A DNA stretch of 64,000 nt, taken from Escherichia phage allfine. Positions 53,759 to 63,067 of the stretch are shown here, in pieces. Where the stretch lies: sequence record MN850633.1; one strand, given 5' to 3'. The translations under genes and the position numbers were made by a program. Position 1 is the stretch's first letter. Each line of letters begins with the position of its first letter. Below the pieces are notes generated by a model. That model was not told the DNA's origin. It ran no database searches and saw only the letters and a list, made by a program, of their open reading frames with translations.

Positions 53759-53959
53759 TTAACATCTCTCCCAAGATTCTTTATCTTCTGAAGGTTTTAC
53801 ACGTTGTCCTTCGTGGTCTACCCAGATACATCCACAACCTTCACAGATTACTGGCATTGCATAGCCAGCTTTAAAGTCATCTTCAGTGATAAGACCTTTT
53901 AAGTCACCTGTATCACGTCCGAACATTTCGATAGAACAGTCTTTGCAGAAGTCAGCCAT
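53759..53959 (-). CDS. small zinc-ribbon protein (66 aa)
   Basis: Track ORF 53759-54049 truncated to MADFCKDCS start preceded by AGAGG; CxxC ... CxGC pairs. Confidence 0.4.
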   Translation of the reverse strand: MADFCKDCSIEMFGRDTGDLKGLITEDDFKAGYAMPVICEGCGCIWVDHEGQRVKPSEDKESWERC

Positions 53960-54179
53960 GAATAATTGCCTCTTGAATGATGATGCCTTTACCACAACGA
54001 CTTTTAAAGTCTTCCAACGGTTGGGAGATGAAGCCGCGCAAGCAATCACTAAATACTAAGTTTTTCCTGTAAGCTATCACAAAGTTTGTTGTAAACGGGA
54101 TGACTTCATTTCTTCCAATGAATACTGCTGACCGGATGAGTTTCCGTGTCTTTTTATCTCTGGCTAGAATTACTCTCAT
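53952..54179 (-). CDS. hypothetical protein (75 aa)
   Basis: ORF fills otherwise empty interval; start uncertain. Confidence 0.3.
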   Translation of the reverse strand: MRVILARDKKTRKLIRSAVFIGRNEVIPFTTNFVIAYRKNLVFSDCLRGFISQPLEDFKSRCGKGIIIQEAIIHG

Positions 54180-54480
54180 AATTTACCTTCTCAGTTAGCT
54201 CATATAAATCAACATGCTCAATACTATCAATGTTGATATCAATCTTTTTGAAACGTTCCATCACTTCATTGTCAGTCATCCATATCAGACACCAATGATT
54301 GTGGATGGATTCTTCAAGAAGGTCAACACAATCTTTAAAAGTTTTTGTATCACTTCTTGTTCCTACTACTGCGATTGTTCCATATAGCCACTTACCATTG
54401 CCATAGGTTACCTGTGCTACACCAACTTCTTTATTGTTATCATAGTAAACGGCTACAAAGTCTCTTCCATTAATCTGCAT
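54154..54480 (-). CDS. hypothetical protein (108 aa)
   Basis: ORF in track. Confidence 0.45.
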   Translation of the reverse strand: MQINGRDFVAVYYDNNKEVGVAQVTYGNGKWLYGTIAVVGTRSDTKTFKDCVDLLEESIHNHWCLIWMTDNEVMERFKKIDINIDSIEHVDLYELTEKVNYESNSSQR

Positions 54481-54482
54481 AG

Positions 54483-54752
54483 CTACTTCCTCGTTTTAAG
54501 AACTGCTAAGATTTCTTTAGAATCTGGTAAGAACCATGTGTAGTGATTCTCTTTGATTTCTGGATGAGTGTCAACCTTTATTTTGCACTCTTTGCCAACA
54601 TGCTTAAGTTGTGCTGTGACACCTTGCATAAAGATATGACACATCACGTTATCCATAATGGTTGGTGAGAAATCAATTCGCATATAAGTCTCTTTTGGTC
54701 GTGGTAGCAGTAAGTACCCTTCTACGTAAAAAGTATCTTGATTCTCTGTCAT
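54483..54752 (-). CDS. hypothetical protein (89 aa)
   Basis: ORF in track. Confidence 0.45.
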   Translation of the reverse strand: MTENQDTFYVEGYLLLPRPKETYMRIDFSPTIMDNVMCHIFMQGVTAQLKHVGKECKIKVDTHPEIKENHYTWFLPDSKEILAVLKTRK

Positions 54753-55018
54753 TGCTGCTTATTCCCTAATAAAATCATGTCAATAAGGTTATTAGCTTTG
54801 ATTGTACACTGGTAAAATCCGTCACGGTAGAACTCAAGTGCTGCTGCTACATCACTACCTGTGTTGCCTTTGATGATATACCGTGATTCTTCTTGAGTGT
54901 ACTTATCACTCTCACTTACTTGGGAGTTTTTGAATGTACTGCTCACTTTGTTCGTTGAACACCCTGACATAATTATCAGTAACACAAACATTATAAAACT
55001 CTGGCTTAGTCTTTTCAT
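54749..55018 (-). CDS. lipoprotein, candidate o-spanin
   Basis: Lipobox-like LLIIMSGC; overlaps 3' end of upstream membrane protein gene in another frame. Confidence 0.4.
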   Translation of the reverse strand: MKRLSQSFIMFVLLIIMSGCSTNKVSSTFKNSQVSESDKYTQEESRYIIKGNTGSDVAAALEFYRDGFYQCTIKANNLIDMILLGNKQQ

Positions 55019-55259
55019 ACGTTAGTACCTCTTTTGTATGCTTATTCTTAGCAAGCACATCTTTCAAATCATTTTTGTAATTGGTGCTCAGTGTGGCTAA
55101 ACCTTCCTGATAAGCATCTTTGGCAACACTTATTAGTTTCTCATTATTTAGCTCAGTTTCAGCAACTTGATAGTCTCTGTAAGAGTATCCTCCCCAGACA
55201 CCTGCACCAACTAAGAAAACAATTATGAAAGTAGCTTGACAGAACTCTTTAAATGTCAT
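54912..55259 (-). CDS. type-II membrane protein, candidate i-spanin
   Basis: N-terminal TM FIIVFLVGAGVWGGY then helical periplasmic domain; overlapped by lipoprotein gene. Confidence 0.4.
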   Translation of the reverse strand: MTFKEFCQATFIIVFLVGAGVWGGYSYRDYQVAETELNNEKLISVAKDAYQEGLATLSTNYKNDLKDVLAKNKHTKEVLTYEKTKPEFYNVCVTDNYVRVFNEQSEQYIQKLPSK

Positions 55260-55283
55260 TTAACAATCTCCTAAAATGAAAAA

Positions 55284-55299
55284 GGCTCCCGAAGGAGCC
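55284..55299 (-). terminator. intrinsic terminator
   Basis: GGCTCC-CGAA-GGAGCC; minus strand followed by TTTTTCATTTT. Confidence 0.5.
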
Positions 55300-55311
55300 T
55301 GTATCTTAACC

Positions 55312-55776
55312 TTAACCGAGGACTTTAGCAAGGATATTCGCAGCCATCGAAGAAGCTTTTGCAGCAGCAACTACGCCAGCTTTGACAGTGCTATCCTTAA
55401 TAGCAGATACCGTTGCAGCATCAGTAAAGAGATAAGTGATTGTTTTAGAACCACTTGTAAAGGAAAGCATAAGAGTAGTTTCCAGATTGAAAGAGCGATA
55501 CGGAGCACCTTCTTTAACGATACCTTCAGCACCTAACTCTGAAGCCTTGCCCATATCATAGATAGTCATCAGGTTTTCTTTGTGTGCAGTCGTTGAACCA
55601 GCACCTTTGACGTGTTTCTTAACATTTAAAAGAGCACGATACTCCCGAATGTTACCGTCTGCTTTTACATTGACAGCACGGAAGATTTTACCCTCAAAGT
55701 TGCTCTTGATAATGTTACGAACTACTTCAGATTTGTTTGCTGTAACGTCCAGTGCTACCGTGATAATGTTGTTCAT
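55312..55776 (-). CDS. hypothetical protein (154 aa)
   Basis: ORF in track. Confidence 0.45.
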   Translation of the reverse strand: MNNIITVALDVTANKSEVVRNIIKSNFEGKIFRAVNVKADGNIREYRALLNVKKHVKGAGSTTAHKENLMTIYDMGKASELGAEGIVKEGAPYRSFNLETTLMLSFTSGSKTITYLFTDAATVSAIKDSTVKAGVVAAAKASSMAANILAKVLG

Positions 55777-55786
55777 AAGTTTTCTC

Positions 55787-56482
55787 TCAATGTTTAACTA
55801 ACATGGTTTTGATGTGTGGAAGGATTCTATTCACCTTCTGCACATTCTTCTCTGTATCTTCTATAAAACATACTATATTAAAGTAAGGCAGAATGCAAGA
55901 CTGAATCATCCTCACTTTCAAACTTTCTGCACTTATAGAGTTAGTCCCAAAACCACGCATAAAAAGCATGTAGTCATGCTCTGTGTTATGCCTTAAAAAC
56001 ATCTCAGTAGGTATTCTCTGAGATTCGCCTCTCGCTGTCAAGAGTCCAACGGCAGCATGATTAGCAATTGCATCAATGATATTGAAAACATACGTTGGTT
56101 TTGCTCTTACAGAGTCAAGAAGATTAGTGTACTGTGAAAATGAACCATCAGTCAGTTCCGTTGAACAATCTTCGTGATTAAAATTTGTAAGAACACCATC
56201 AATATCTGCTAAGATGAGATTCCCTTTTTCTATAAGGTCTTTATTGACTATGACTAAACTATCACGTTTTACACCTATGGATTGTCCAGTCTTTTTGTCC
56301 ACAACGTTCACAATTGGTTCTGACGTGTGGAACTCTTCAAGTGAACATACAACTTCTCTTGCGGTGTCTTCAAAGTCTCTACACTGTTCTGGAGTCCATA
56401 CACAGGAATCAAGACCTAACTCATGAGGATGTAAGTCATAAGCATGACACAGTACTTCATCAGACTTTTTTAATTTTTTCAT
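55787..56482 (-). CDS. HAD-superfamily phosphatase/nucleotidase-like protein with N-terminal extra domain
   Basis: HAD motif I DxDG present as LADIDGVLT. Confidence 0.5.
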   Translation of the reverse strand: MKKLKKSDEVLCHAYDLHPHELGLDSCVWTPEQCRDFEDTAREVVCSLEEFHTSEPIVNVVDKKTGQSIGVKRDSLVIVNKDLIEKGNLILADIDGVLTNFNHEDCSTELTDGSFSQYTNLLDSVRAKPTYVFNIIDAIANHAAVGLLTARGESQRIPTEMFLRHNTEHDYMLFMRGFGTNSISAESLKVRMIQSCILPYFNIVCFIEDTEKNVQKVNRILPHIKTMLVKH

Positions 56483-57008
56483 GGTTTACCTTAGAAATGT
56501 TTGTTGCAAATTCACATTGAGCAATAACTTTCATGTTGTTATAGACATCTTGAGAATATTTCTTAGCTTTAGGGATTTTGTACGAATACCCAGCATTATA
56601 TGATGCTAAAACTTTTTGTAAAGTCTTCTTTGACTTTGGCTGACCATGCACCTTTGTCCAAAACTCAAGCTCTTTGTGAGTTTCCTTCGCAGCATAATCA
56701 AAGTCTCTTAAGAGTTTCTTTTTAGCCACATTAGGACTAATTTTGTTACGCTTTACAACAGTCTTCAAGTGATTCTGGAAGATACCATAATCATGTGTCT
56801 TTTTATTCTCTACCTTCAGACCTAACTCTGACTCTTGTAAGGCTATAGCAGCTAGAGTGATACCCCAACCTTTACCCATGTTATTCTCACCATACTGGTA
56901 AGCTTTTAACATGTTTACTTTTTGGCTAATTGATAGCTCTGGGCAGTCAACTGCATAAGATAAGTGTGCTGTAAACATTAAGCACAAACCTAGAATCAAT
57001 TTCTTCAT
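56460..57008 (-). CDS. secreted lytic transglycosylase-like protein
   Basis: Signal peptide MKKLILGLCLMFTAHLSYA; QESELG and YGIFQ resemble SLT-domain catalytic region. Confidence 0.45.
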   Translation of the reverse strand: MKKLILGLCLMFTAHLSYAVDCPELSISQKVNMLKAYQYGENNMGKGWGITLAAIALQESELGLKVENKKTHDYGIFQNHLKTVVKRNKISPNVAKKKLLRDFDYAAKETHKELEFWTKVHGQPKSKKTLQKVLASYNAGYSYKIPKAKKYSQDVYNNMKVIAQCEFATNISKVNHEKIKKV

Positions 57009-57075
57009 TGGTTCTCCTGTTTAGTTTATCGTGACAACAATTATACAGCACTCTGCACAAAATACAAATAAAAAA

Positions 57076-57091
57076 GGCCGCCGAAGCAGCC
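57076..57091 (-). terminator. intrinsic terminator
   Basis: GGCCGCCGAAGCAGCC hairpin; minus strand followed by TTTTTTATTT. Confidence 0.5.
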
Positions 57092-57108
57092 TTTTAAGAA
57101 ATTACTTA

Positions 57109-58218
57109 TTAGATTTCACGTTTACGTTGGGAGATTAGTTCACCAGCAGTGCCAACGATGACATGCAAAGCTTCAGTCTTGCCATCCCATTCTTTCAGCA
57201 CTTTACGTTGATTATCAACGATTGCTGCAACTTCATAACGAGACGAACGCATCTTCATATCGTTGTAATCAGTTGGAACAGATACAACATCTCGTGGATG
57301 GACACGAACCTTCAGGATTGTATCACCTGAGAAGCAACGAACATAATCCCAAGCACCAACGTGAAGACCCTGAGAGCAAGTCACGTTACGGTTATTATCA
57401 ACCATCCAACGTGGCATTTCTACAATGTTACCCAAATCATTAGGTACTCTGTAGGTGTGGGAGTCAACCAGCTTGCCTTCATGAGTAGAGACTTTCTTCC
57501 AACCAATGATGTAGCCTTCTTCATCAATTTCAACATCAAGGTGAGATACGAATCCCCAAAGTTGTTCTACAGAGTCTTTAGATGGGTTTTCCATCAGTTT
57601 TTCGAAGAACATCACAAGGCGTTCAAAACCCTTATCTCCAGTCTTCATCATGTGAAGAATACGGTCAACCAGAGTAGAACGCATCTCAACAGCACCGTAG
57701 AATAACTTGTCACCTTTGATGGTGATAGCACCCTGAGTGAAGTTTTCGATAGACTTACGAATGTTCATCAGTTCGAAAGCTTTCTTATACTCACCGGATA
57801 CAACAGCCATCACGATTTCTTTGTAGTTCGGATGGGTAGATTCAACGATTTCAGAATCTGCACCGAAAGTCATGATAACAGAGTCGCCAGTAATCATGTA
57901 CTCAATCTGGTTGCCATTCTGCATAGCTTCATGCAGTTTATTTACCGGAGCTTTCTGTACATCCTCGTTAACAGCCTTTTTAACTGGCTTGTCAGCTTTC
58001 TTTTTAACTGATTTAGCAACTTGCTTCAAAGTCTTCGTAGCTGGTTTAGAAGCTACCTTTTTCTTACCTTTTAAGGTTGCTTCATGACGCTCTACAGCAC
58101 GACCAACTGAACGGGTTGAGGTGTTAAATTTCTGTGCAATAGCTGTTTTAGTCAGCTTACCCTCTTTAACCAGTTTGTAAATTTCTGCGTCAATCTGTGC
58201 TTTAGTTTTAGTAGTCAT
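57109..58218 (-). CDS. rIIB: rIIB-like protein
   Basis: Immediately downstream of rIIA-like gene; N-terminal HTH-like region; assignment rests mainly on synteny. Confidence 0.4.
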   Translation of the reverse strand: MTTKTKAQIDAEIYKLVKEGKLTKTAIAQKFNTSTRSVGRAVERHEATLKGKKKVASKPATKTLKQVAKSVKKKADKPVKKAVNEDVQKAPVNKLHEAMQNGNQIEYMITGDSVIMTFGADSEIVESTHPNYKEIVMAVVSGEYKKAFELMNIRKSIENFTQGAITIKGDKLFYGAVEMRSTLVDRILHMMKTGDKGFERLVMFFEKLMENPSKDSVEQLWGFVSHLDVEIDEEGYIIGWKKVSTHEGKLVDSHTYRVPNDLGNIVEMPRWMVDNNRNVTCSQGLHVGAWDYVRCFSGDTILKVRVHPRDVVSVPTDYNDMKMRSSRYEVAAIVDNQRKVLKEWDGKTEALHVIVGTAGELISQRKREI

Positions 58219-58262
58219 CTTATTACTCTCTCTTGTTAGTTAATAAATCATTTTGTGAGACT

Positions 58263-58292
58263 ATTCTAAGGGGCTTCAAAGCCCCTTGTCAA
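58263..58292 (-). promoter_or_regulatory. sigma70-like promoter TTGACA-18-TAGAAT with spacer forming a hairpin
   Basis: Minus-sense TTGACA (rc of 58287-58292) and TAGAAT (rc of 58263-58268); spacer is palindrome AGGGGCTTTGAAGCCCCT. Confidence 0.45.
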
Positions 58293-58297
58293 ACACT

Positions 58298-60664
58298 TTA
58301 ATCGTAAATTGTAGTCCCTTCTGGAACACACTTCACATCAAAGCCCAAGAACTTACTCACTTCGATGGGTGACACTTTATTCCAATCTAAATGAGAAAGC
58401 AAGAAGTTTTCTTGTTTCCTTTTTGAGAAGTAGTTTGTCACCTTAATAAACATACGGTCACCAGCTTTCTTAATTTTCTTGTAAAGCTTTGTATCATTAT
58501 CAAGACACCTTTTCAAATCTTGCAACACACTAATAGTGTAAGTGTATGCAAATTGTGCAGCAATGTATTGGATTTTACCGAACATTGCCTCAACAGCATC
58601 TTCATTACCTTCTAGGAAGATAGTTTTGTTTGTATCCCGTGAATAGCAATAACCATCAGAAATCTTCCTGTTATTGAACGTAAAGTTTCTGGTAATAATC
58701 CAACAGCTTGTAAGGTCTAGGACACCACGCATACAGACGCGTGTCATATACCTGTTATGATTAATCCAATGAACATCAGTTAAGCTGTCGTTCAAGAGCT
58801 TCTCATCTACTTCAATCCAGTCTTCTGGTATCTTTTTCCAATTTGCTTTTCGGAAAACATAGACTGTCTTTCCAATGACATTGGCAACTGACTTAGCTAC
58901 ATCATCTGGAGATGAGCAAAAACATTCGCCATCAACTGTGTCACCTACTGCCTTAATATAAAGCTGAGGCTCTTCAATCGTGTCTAAGTCTTCTGACACC
59001 TCTGTGTATGAGGCTACACCTTCTGCTGGAACAGCTTTCCAGAGTTTTACAACACCTCTTACAGCTTCTTTACGCTGATAGTGATGTTCCTTATCAGACA
59101 TCTTCACAATCTTTAACAAGCTTTTATCAAGTTTGTGTAGGTTGATTAAGTCATCTAGCTCTTTTTCAGTCGAGAATACAAACACAATACCATTATATCT
59201 GTGAAACAGACTTGACTCACTGGCGTAATCTCGACATGCACCACGCAGAATCTGATTGCGGCCTACAGTCTTCTCAGTGCCATTTTTATTACGACGGTCA
59301 TTAATCACGAACAAAAACTGTTCAATTTGGCTTTTACGCATTGCACCAAAGATATTGAACATACTTGCCTCTTGAGTGTAGGAAAGTGCTGTTGCACGAA
59401 TCTTACTCTCTAAAGAGTTGAACTTGACATAAGCAACTGGATTATAAAGATAATCCACTTTAGGGATATTGTTCCCGTTCCTATCAACCTTGATATTACC
59501 TTTACCGTCACGTTCATAAATGACTGAGCCGTCTTCTGCGTAGATAATCCCACGACGGATGTTTAGTAATTCTACTTCCAGAGAATCAAGCTTAACGCCT
59601 CCCCACTCTAGCTTTGGACACACAACATTAAACATCTCTCGTGAGTTCAAACGTAACTCAGCATAAGCCTGTGCAGCATCCATGAGTGTAGGTTGGCTGT
59701 TAACTTTCTTGATAACATCCTTTGTAATGGCTTCAGTTATCTTTTTAGTAGCCTCAATGATAACATTTTTTGTCGTATCATTCATCTGCAATGCTTCACG
59801 AGAAGCTGCAATAGCAACTGAACCAATAGGCATGTAAATGTTTACAAGGTCTACGCTCCTACGGAAAAACTCTGGCAAGACTTTGAAGAAATCATCACCA
59901 AGTAATGCTTCCATATTAACTGGATAGGCAATATTACCCATCACCACATTAAACTCTGTCCTGTTACCACTAGAACGCCAGCTTTGCTTATGAATCATAG
60001 CGTCATAAACACCTTCTTCACGAGCAATGACATTCATGTCTGCTAACACGTCATCATATACAATATTACTTTCTGGTTTTACAGCAAAGTATGAGTATAC
60101 GTGACCAGCCTCTTCAAAGAACTTTGAAATACGGTGGTCAGCAACTGCCACACGTACAGCTAAACCATTAGGTTCTTTTGTTGGGTTAGTGGTCAGCTTA
60201 GTTACTTGAGGGATACCATTCTCAAGGTAAACAGAGTACTTATTAACAACACCATCAACATAGCTAGATACTGTGAATGACTGAGCAATTGCAAATGGAG
60301 ATTTTGAACCGATACCCATTGCACCAATGTAATCATTAGAGTCATTCTTCGTAGAAGCCCCGTAGTTTAGGTACAAACTCATAACTTTATCATGAGTCAA
60401 TCCAGTTCCAAAATCACGGACTTCAAAGTAAGGCTCAAAACGAGTAGGTAAATGCACATGGAACGGGATATTCTCTTTTCCAGCTTCTTTCTGAGCATCT
60501 ACTGCGTTACATGACAGTTCACGAATCACTGCCCTTTCTTTAAAGGTATATACACCAGAACTCAAAAGGCTGAACATTTCAGGTGTCATTGTAATCTGTG
60601 CTTGAGATGTCTCCAAAGAAGTTGAACTCTTAATCACTTCTGCGTGGTCATTTACCATGCGCAT
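58298..60664 (-). CDS. rIIA: rIIA-like protein with GHKL/Bergerat ATPase fold
   Basis: N-box-like ELSCNAVDA and G1-box-like DFGTGLTHD near N-terminus; 788 aa. Confidence 0.6.
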   Translation of the reverse strand: MRMVNDHAEVIKSSTSLETSQAQITMTPEMFSLLSSGVYTFKERAVIRELSCNAVDAQKEAGKENIPFHVHLPTRFEPYFEVRDFGTGLTHDKVMSLYLNYGASTKNDSNDYIGAMGIGSKSPFAIAQSFTVSSYVDGVVNKYSVYLENGIPQVTKLTTNPTKEPNGLAVRVAVADHRISKFFEEAGHVYSYFAVKPESNIVYDDVLADMNVIAREEGVYDAMIHKQSWRSSGNRTEFNVVMGNIAYPVNMEALLGDDFFKVLPEFFRRSVDLVNIYMPIGSVAIAASREALQMNDTTKNVIIEATKKITEAITKDVIKKVNSQPTLMDAAQAYAELRLNSREMFNVVCPKLEWGGVKLDSLEVELLNIRRGIIYAEDGSVIYERDGKGNIKVDRNGNNIPKVDYLYNPVAYVKFNSLESKIRATALSYTQEASMFNIFGAMRKSQIEQFLFVINDRRNKNGTEKTVGRNQILRGACRDYASESSLFHRYNGIVFVFSTEKELDDLINLHKLDKSLLKIVKMSDKEHHYQRKEAVRGVVKLWKAVPAEGVASYTEVSEDLDTIEEPQLYIKAVGDTVDGECFCSSPDDVAKSVANVIGKTVYVFRKANWKKIPEDWIEVDEKLLNDSLTDVHWINHNRYMTRVCMRGVLDLTSCWIITRNFTFNNRKISDGYCYSRDTNKTIFLEGNEDAVEAMFGKIQYIAAQFAYTYTISVLQDLKRCLDNDTKLYKKIKKAGDRMFIKVTNYFSKRKQENFLLSHLDWNKVSPIEVSKFLGFDVKCVPEGTTIYD

Positions 60665-60692
60665 AATACTTTCCTCTTAGTTTACTGTTAAA

Positions 60693-60869
60693 TTACTTAT
60701 TAAACATTTTACCAGAACCACCACACATAGGGCAACAACCTGCTCTTGTATACCCTTCCCCATTGCAGTAATCACACTTCTTGTACTCTGCATAGTACTT
60801 GCAAAGAAGGTAAACAAAAACTGCTACACTACTAAGTGACAGTAAAATTTCTATCCAATATGCTTGCAT
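60693..60869 (-). CDS. small membrane-anchored zinc-ribbon protein (58 aa)
   Basis: Read by eye: MQAYWIEILLSLSSVAVFVYLLCKYYAEYKKCDYCNGEGYTRAGCCPMCGGSGKMFNK; below track cutoff. Confidence 0.4.
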   Translation of the reverse strand: MQAYWIEILLSLSSVAVFVYLLCKYYAEYKKCDYCNGEGYTRAGCCPMCGGSGKMFNK

Positions 60870-61186
60870 GACTCACCTCTCATATTTTTGTAAAGGATAA
60901 AGCTTCTGTCATGGACGATACTTGTAGATACTGCAAAGTTACTTTCAAGCATCTGTTTGTTTGGATTGTAGAAGCTTTCTTTAAACTCGTCAAGCGCAAA
61001 TTGGTGATGTTGTGGAAGACCTTTTACACATATTTTTATTGTGATTGCTGCTGCAATCTTGCCAGTCAGTTCTTCTTTAGCTGCTACTAGAATTTTGCTA
61101 AGGAACTTTTTACCATCTTCAGGTTTCTTAATGTTCTCCCAACGTTCTTCTAAGACAATGTTGATATTCATCTCTTTGATTTTCAT
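60851..61186 (-). CDS. hypothetical protein (111 aa)
   Basis: ORF in track. Confidence 0.45.
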   Translation of the reverse strand: MKIKEMNINIVLEERWENIKKPEDGKKFLSKILVAAKEELTGKIAAAITIKICVKGLPQHHQFALDEFKESFYNPNKQMLESNFAVSTSIVHDRSFILYKNMRGESCKHIG

Positions 61187-61207
61187 AGTTTTCTCCAGAA
61201 ATTAAAA

Positions 61208-61225
61208 AGGCTCCCGTAGGAGCCT
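61208..61225 (-). terminator. intrinsic terminator
   Basis: AGGCTCC-CGT-AGGAGCCT; minus strand followed by TTTTTAAT. Confidence 0.5.
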
Positions 61226-61239
61226 CTTATCATATACTT

Positions 61240-63021
61240 TTAAAGCTGCTTGTCAATATTATTTCGAATATCACCAAGAGTTGTGTAACCGAACTGTTCA
61301 GAGTCACTAAAAATTAAGCGTAGAGCACAAGCTGGGTGGTCAAGTGCATCTGCAAAGCTCTGGAATCCATAGCCATCTACAGCTTTCAGCTTCTCACCAT
61401 CCCACATAGGTGCTACACCACCAAAGGCAGATTTCTTAACACCACTATCTGTTTTAGGGTCTTTTGCAAGCATAATCTCTTTACCACCAATGCTTGCAAG
61501 AGTTGCTTTGACAGCAAATGCAAAGGTGTCACGAGTCATGTACTGGTAAGTGTAAGAACCTACGCCAAACACTACGTTAGAGCTTGCAAAACCCATTTCA
61601 TACAGACGCTTCAGGATTTCGTTTGCACGTTCCAGCGTGATAGAGTCACCATAGATAAGTCCGATATGCTCATCCAGTACCTTAAACCCTTTAGAGTTAA
61701 TAGTTCCCCCAAAGATGTTGTACAGTGTCTTAATAGCTCCATCAATCTCAGCTACAGGACGTGTTACAACGTTTGCAGAACCAACCATATAAGCATTTTT
61801 CAACAGCACTGTATCAGCAACTTCAAAGTCTTCTCTGTCAACAACCATTTCGTAGCCTTCTGACAGTAGCCATCCAGCAATACCATAATTGATGTTTTCA
61901 AGCTTCATGTTCAGGACAGAGTTCAGCATTGTGTCACTTGCCTCTAGCTTGCTTAGGTGCTCGTAATAAGCCTTCTTAGCACACTCTAAGTGGATTGCTT
62001 TATAGCCTGTGACAATATGTACAGGGTCTCCAGAGTCAGGACGAATTACCAGTTTGCCATCACGTTCCATAATTTCTTTACGGAGTGCTGGTAAGATTTC
62101 TGACACAGTTCTCCAGAAGTTATAAGTATCTGAAACAATACTTACAATACCAGTTGGGTAAGTTTCTGTTAAGAAACGACGGAAGGTTTGTAACTCACCT
62201 TTAAAGCGTCTTTCTTCTTCAATCAGTTCATTACCACCTTCCCAAGCAATGTTTGCACACATTACAGAGTGTTCAGTGGCTGGTACAGAACTACCAATAT
62301 CAGAAATTGGGTAAGACTGTCCATAGATGCGTTTAGCCGTGTATACAGCAGGGAAACTATCAGTTCCTTTAAAGCTGGTTAAGTGACCTACAGCATTAAA
62401 TGCGTCATCGGTAAAGCCGGACATACCACGCATAGCAAAGTCATGGCACTGATAAGGTAAATGTAAGTCGTTATCGCAAGTAAGGTCAGCCCACTTCTTA
62501 CAGATACGTTTGTAGTGCAATGCGATAGTTGCAATGGTGCAAGCCTTCCAAATCTCAGCAGAGAAAGCATCTTCCAGATAACCTGCTACCCAATGGAAAC
62601 CTGAAACAGTGTTCTGGAAGACAATCATTGGGACACGCATCGGGACAACTGTGCCTTCTTCTACAGCGTATACTTCAACTGGCAGATAACCTAAGTCGTG
62701 AAGTGCTTCCCAATGCTCTCGACCGATAGCATCTTTACCCAGAACACCATTCATGACTTCTAAGATTTCGTCAATTGCTTCTTTTTTATCACGTTCAAAG
62801 AAAGTGGCGTTCCAGTGGTCTATCAAGTAATCTTTAACAAAACGTTGAATACCAAAAGCCACTACACCATCAATTGCTAAAGGGCTGTTAAACCATTTGT
62901 CGCTACGTGGTGTCAGGTTGAACATCAAGTACTCTGTTGCACTAGGATACTGGTAAACATGACCAGATTTGTAAGCATCTGCGTTTAAACCTGCTGGTAC
63001 TGCATAAAGCGATTTAGTCAT
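61240..63021 (-). CDS. nadV: nicotinamide/nicotinate phosphoribosyltransferase family protein (NAMPT/NadV-like)
   Basis: Type-II PRTase signature HDFxxRG present as HDFAMRGMSG; 593 aa; adjacent to PRPP synthetase. Confidence 0.75.
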   Translation of the reverse strand: MTKSLYAVPAGLNADAYKSGHVYQYPSATEYLMFNLTPRSDKWFNSPLAIDGVVAFGIQRFVKDYLIDHWNATFFERDKKEAIDEILEVMNGVLGKDAIGREHWEALHDLGYLPVEVYAVEEGTVVPMRVPMIVFQNTVSGFHWVAGYLEDAFSAEIWKACTIATIALHYKRICKKWADLTCDNDLHLPYQCHDFAMRGMSGFTDDAFNAVGHLTSFKGTDSFPAVYTAKRIYGQSYPISDIGSSVPATEHSVMCANIAWEGGNELIEEERRFKGELQTFRRFLTETYPTGIVSIVSDTYNFWRTVSEILPALRKEIMERDGKLVIRPDSGDPVHIVTGYKAIHLECAKKAYYEHLSKLEASDTMLNSVLNMKLENINYGIAGWLLSEGYEMVVDREDFEVADTVLLKNAYMVGSANVVTRPVAEIDGAIKTLYNIFGGTINSKGFKVLDEHIGLIYGDSITLERANEILKRLYEMGFASSNVVFGVGSYTYQYMTRDTFAFAVKATLASIGGKEIMLAKDPKTDSGVKKSAFGGVAPMWDGEKLKAVDGYGFQSFADALDHPACALRLIFSDSEQFGYTTLGDIRNNIDKQL

Positions 63022-63041
63022 CTTTTAATCTCTCTCAAAAT

Positions 63042-63058
63042 GGGGCTTAAAAGCCCCC
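63042..63058 (-). terminator. hairpin, weak terminator candidate
   Basis: GGGGCTT-AA-AAGCCCC between prs and NAMPT genes; T-run weak. Confidence 0.3.
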
Positions 63059-63067
63059 TATAAAGTT

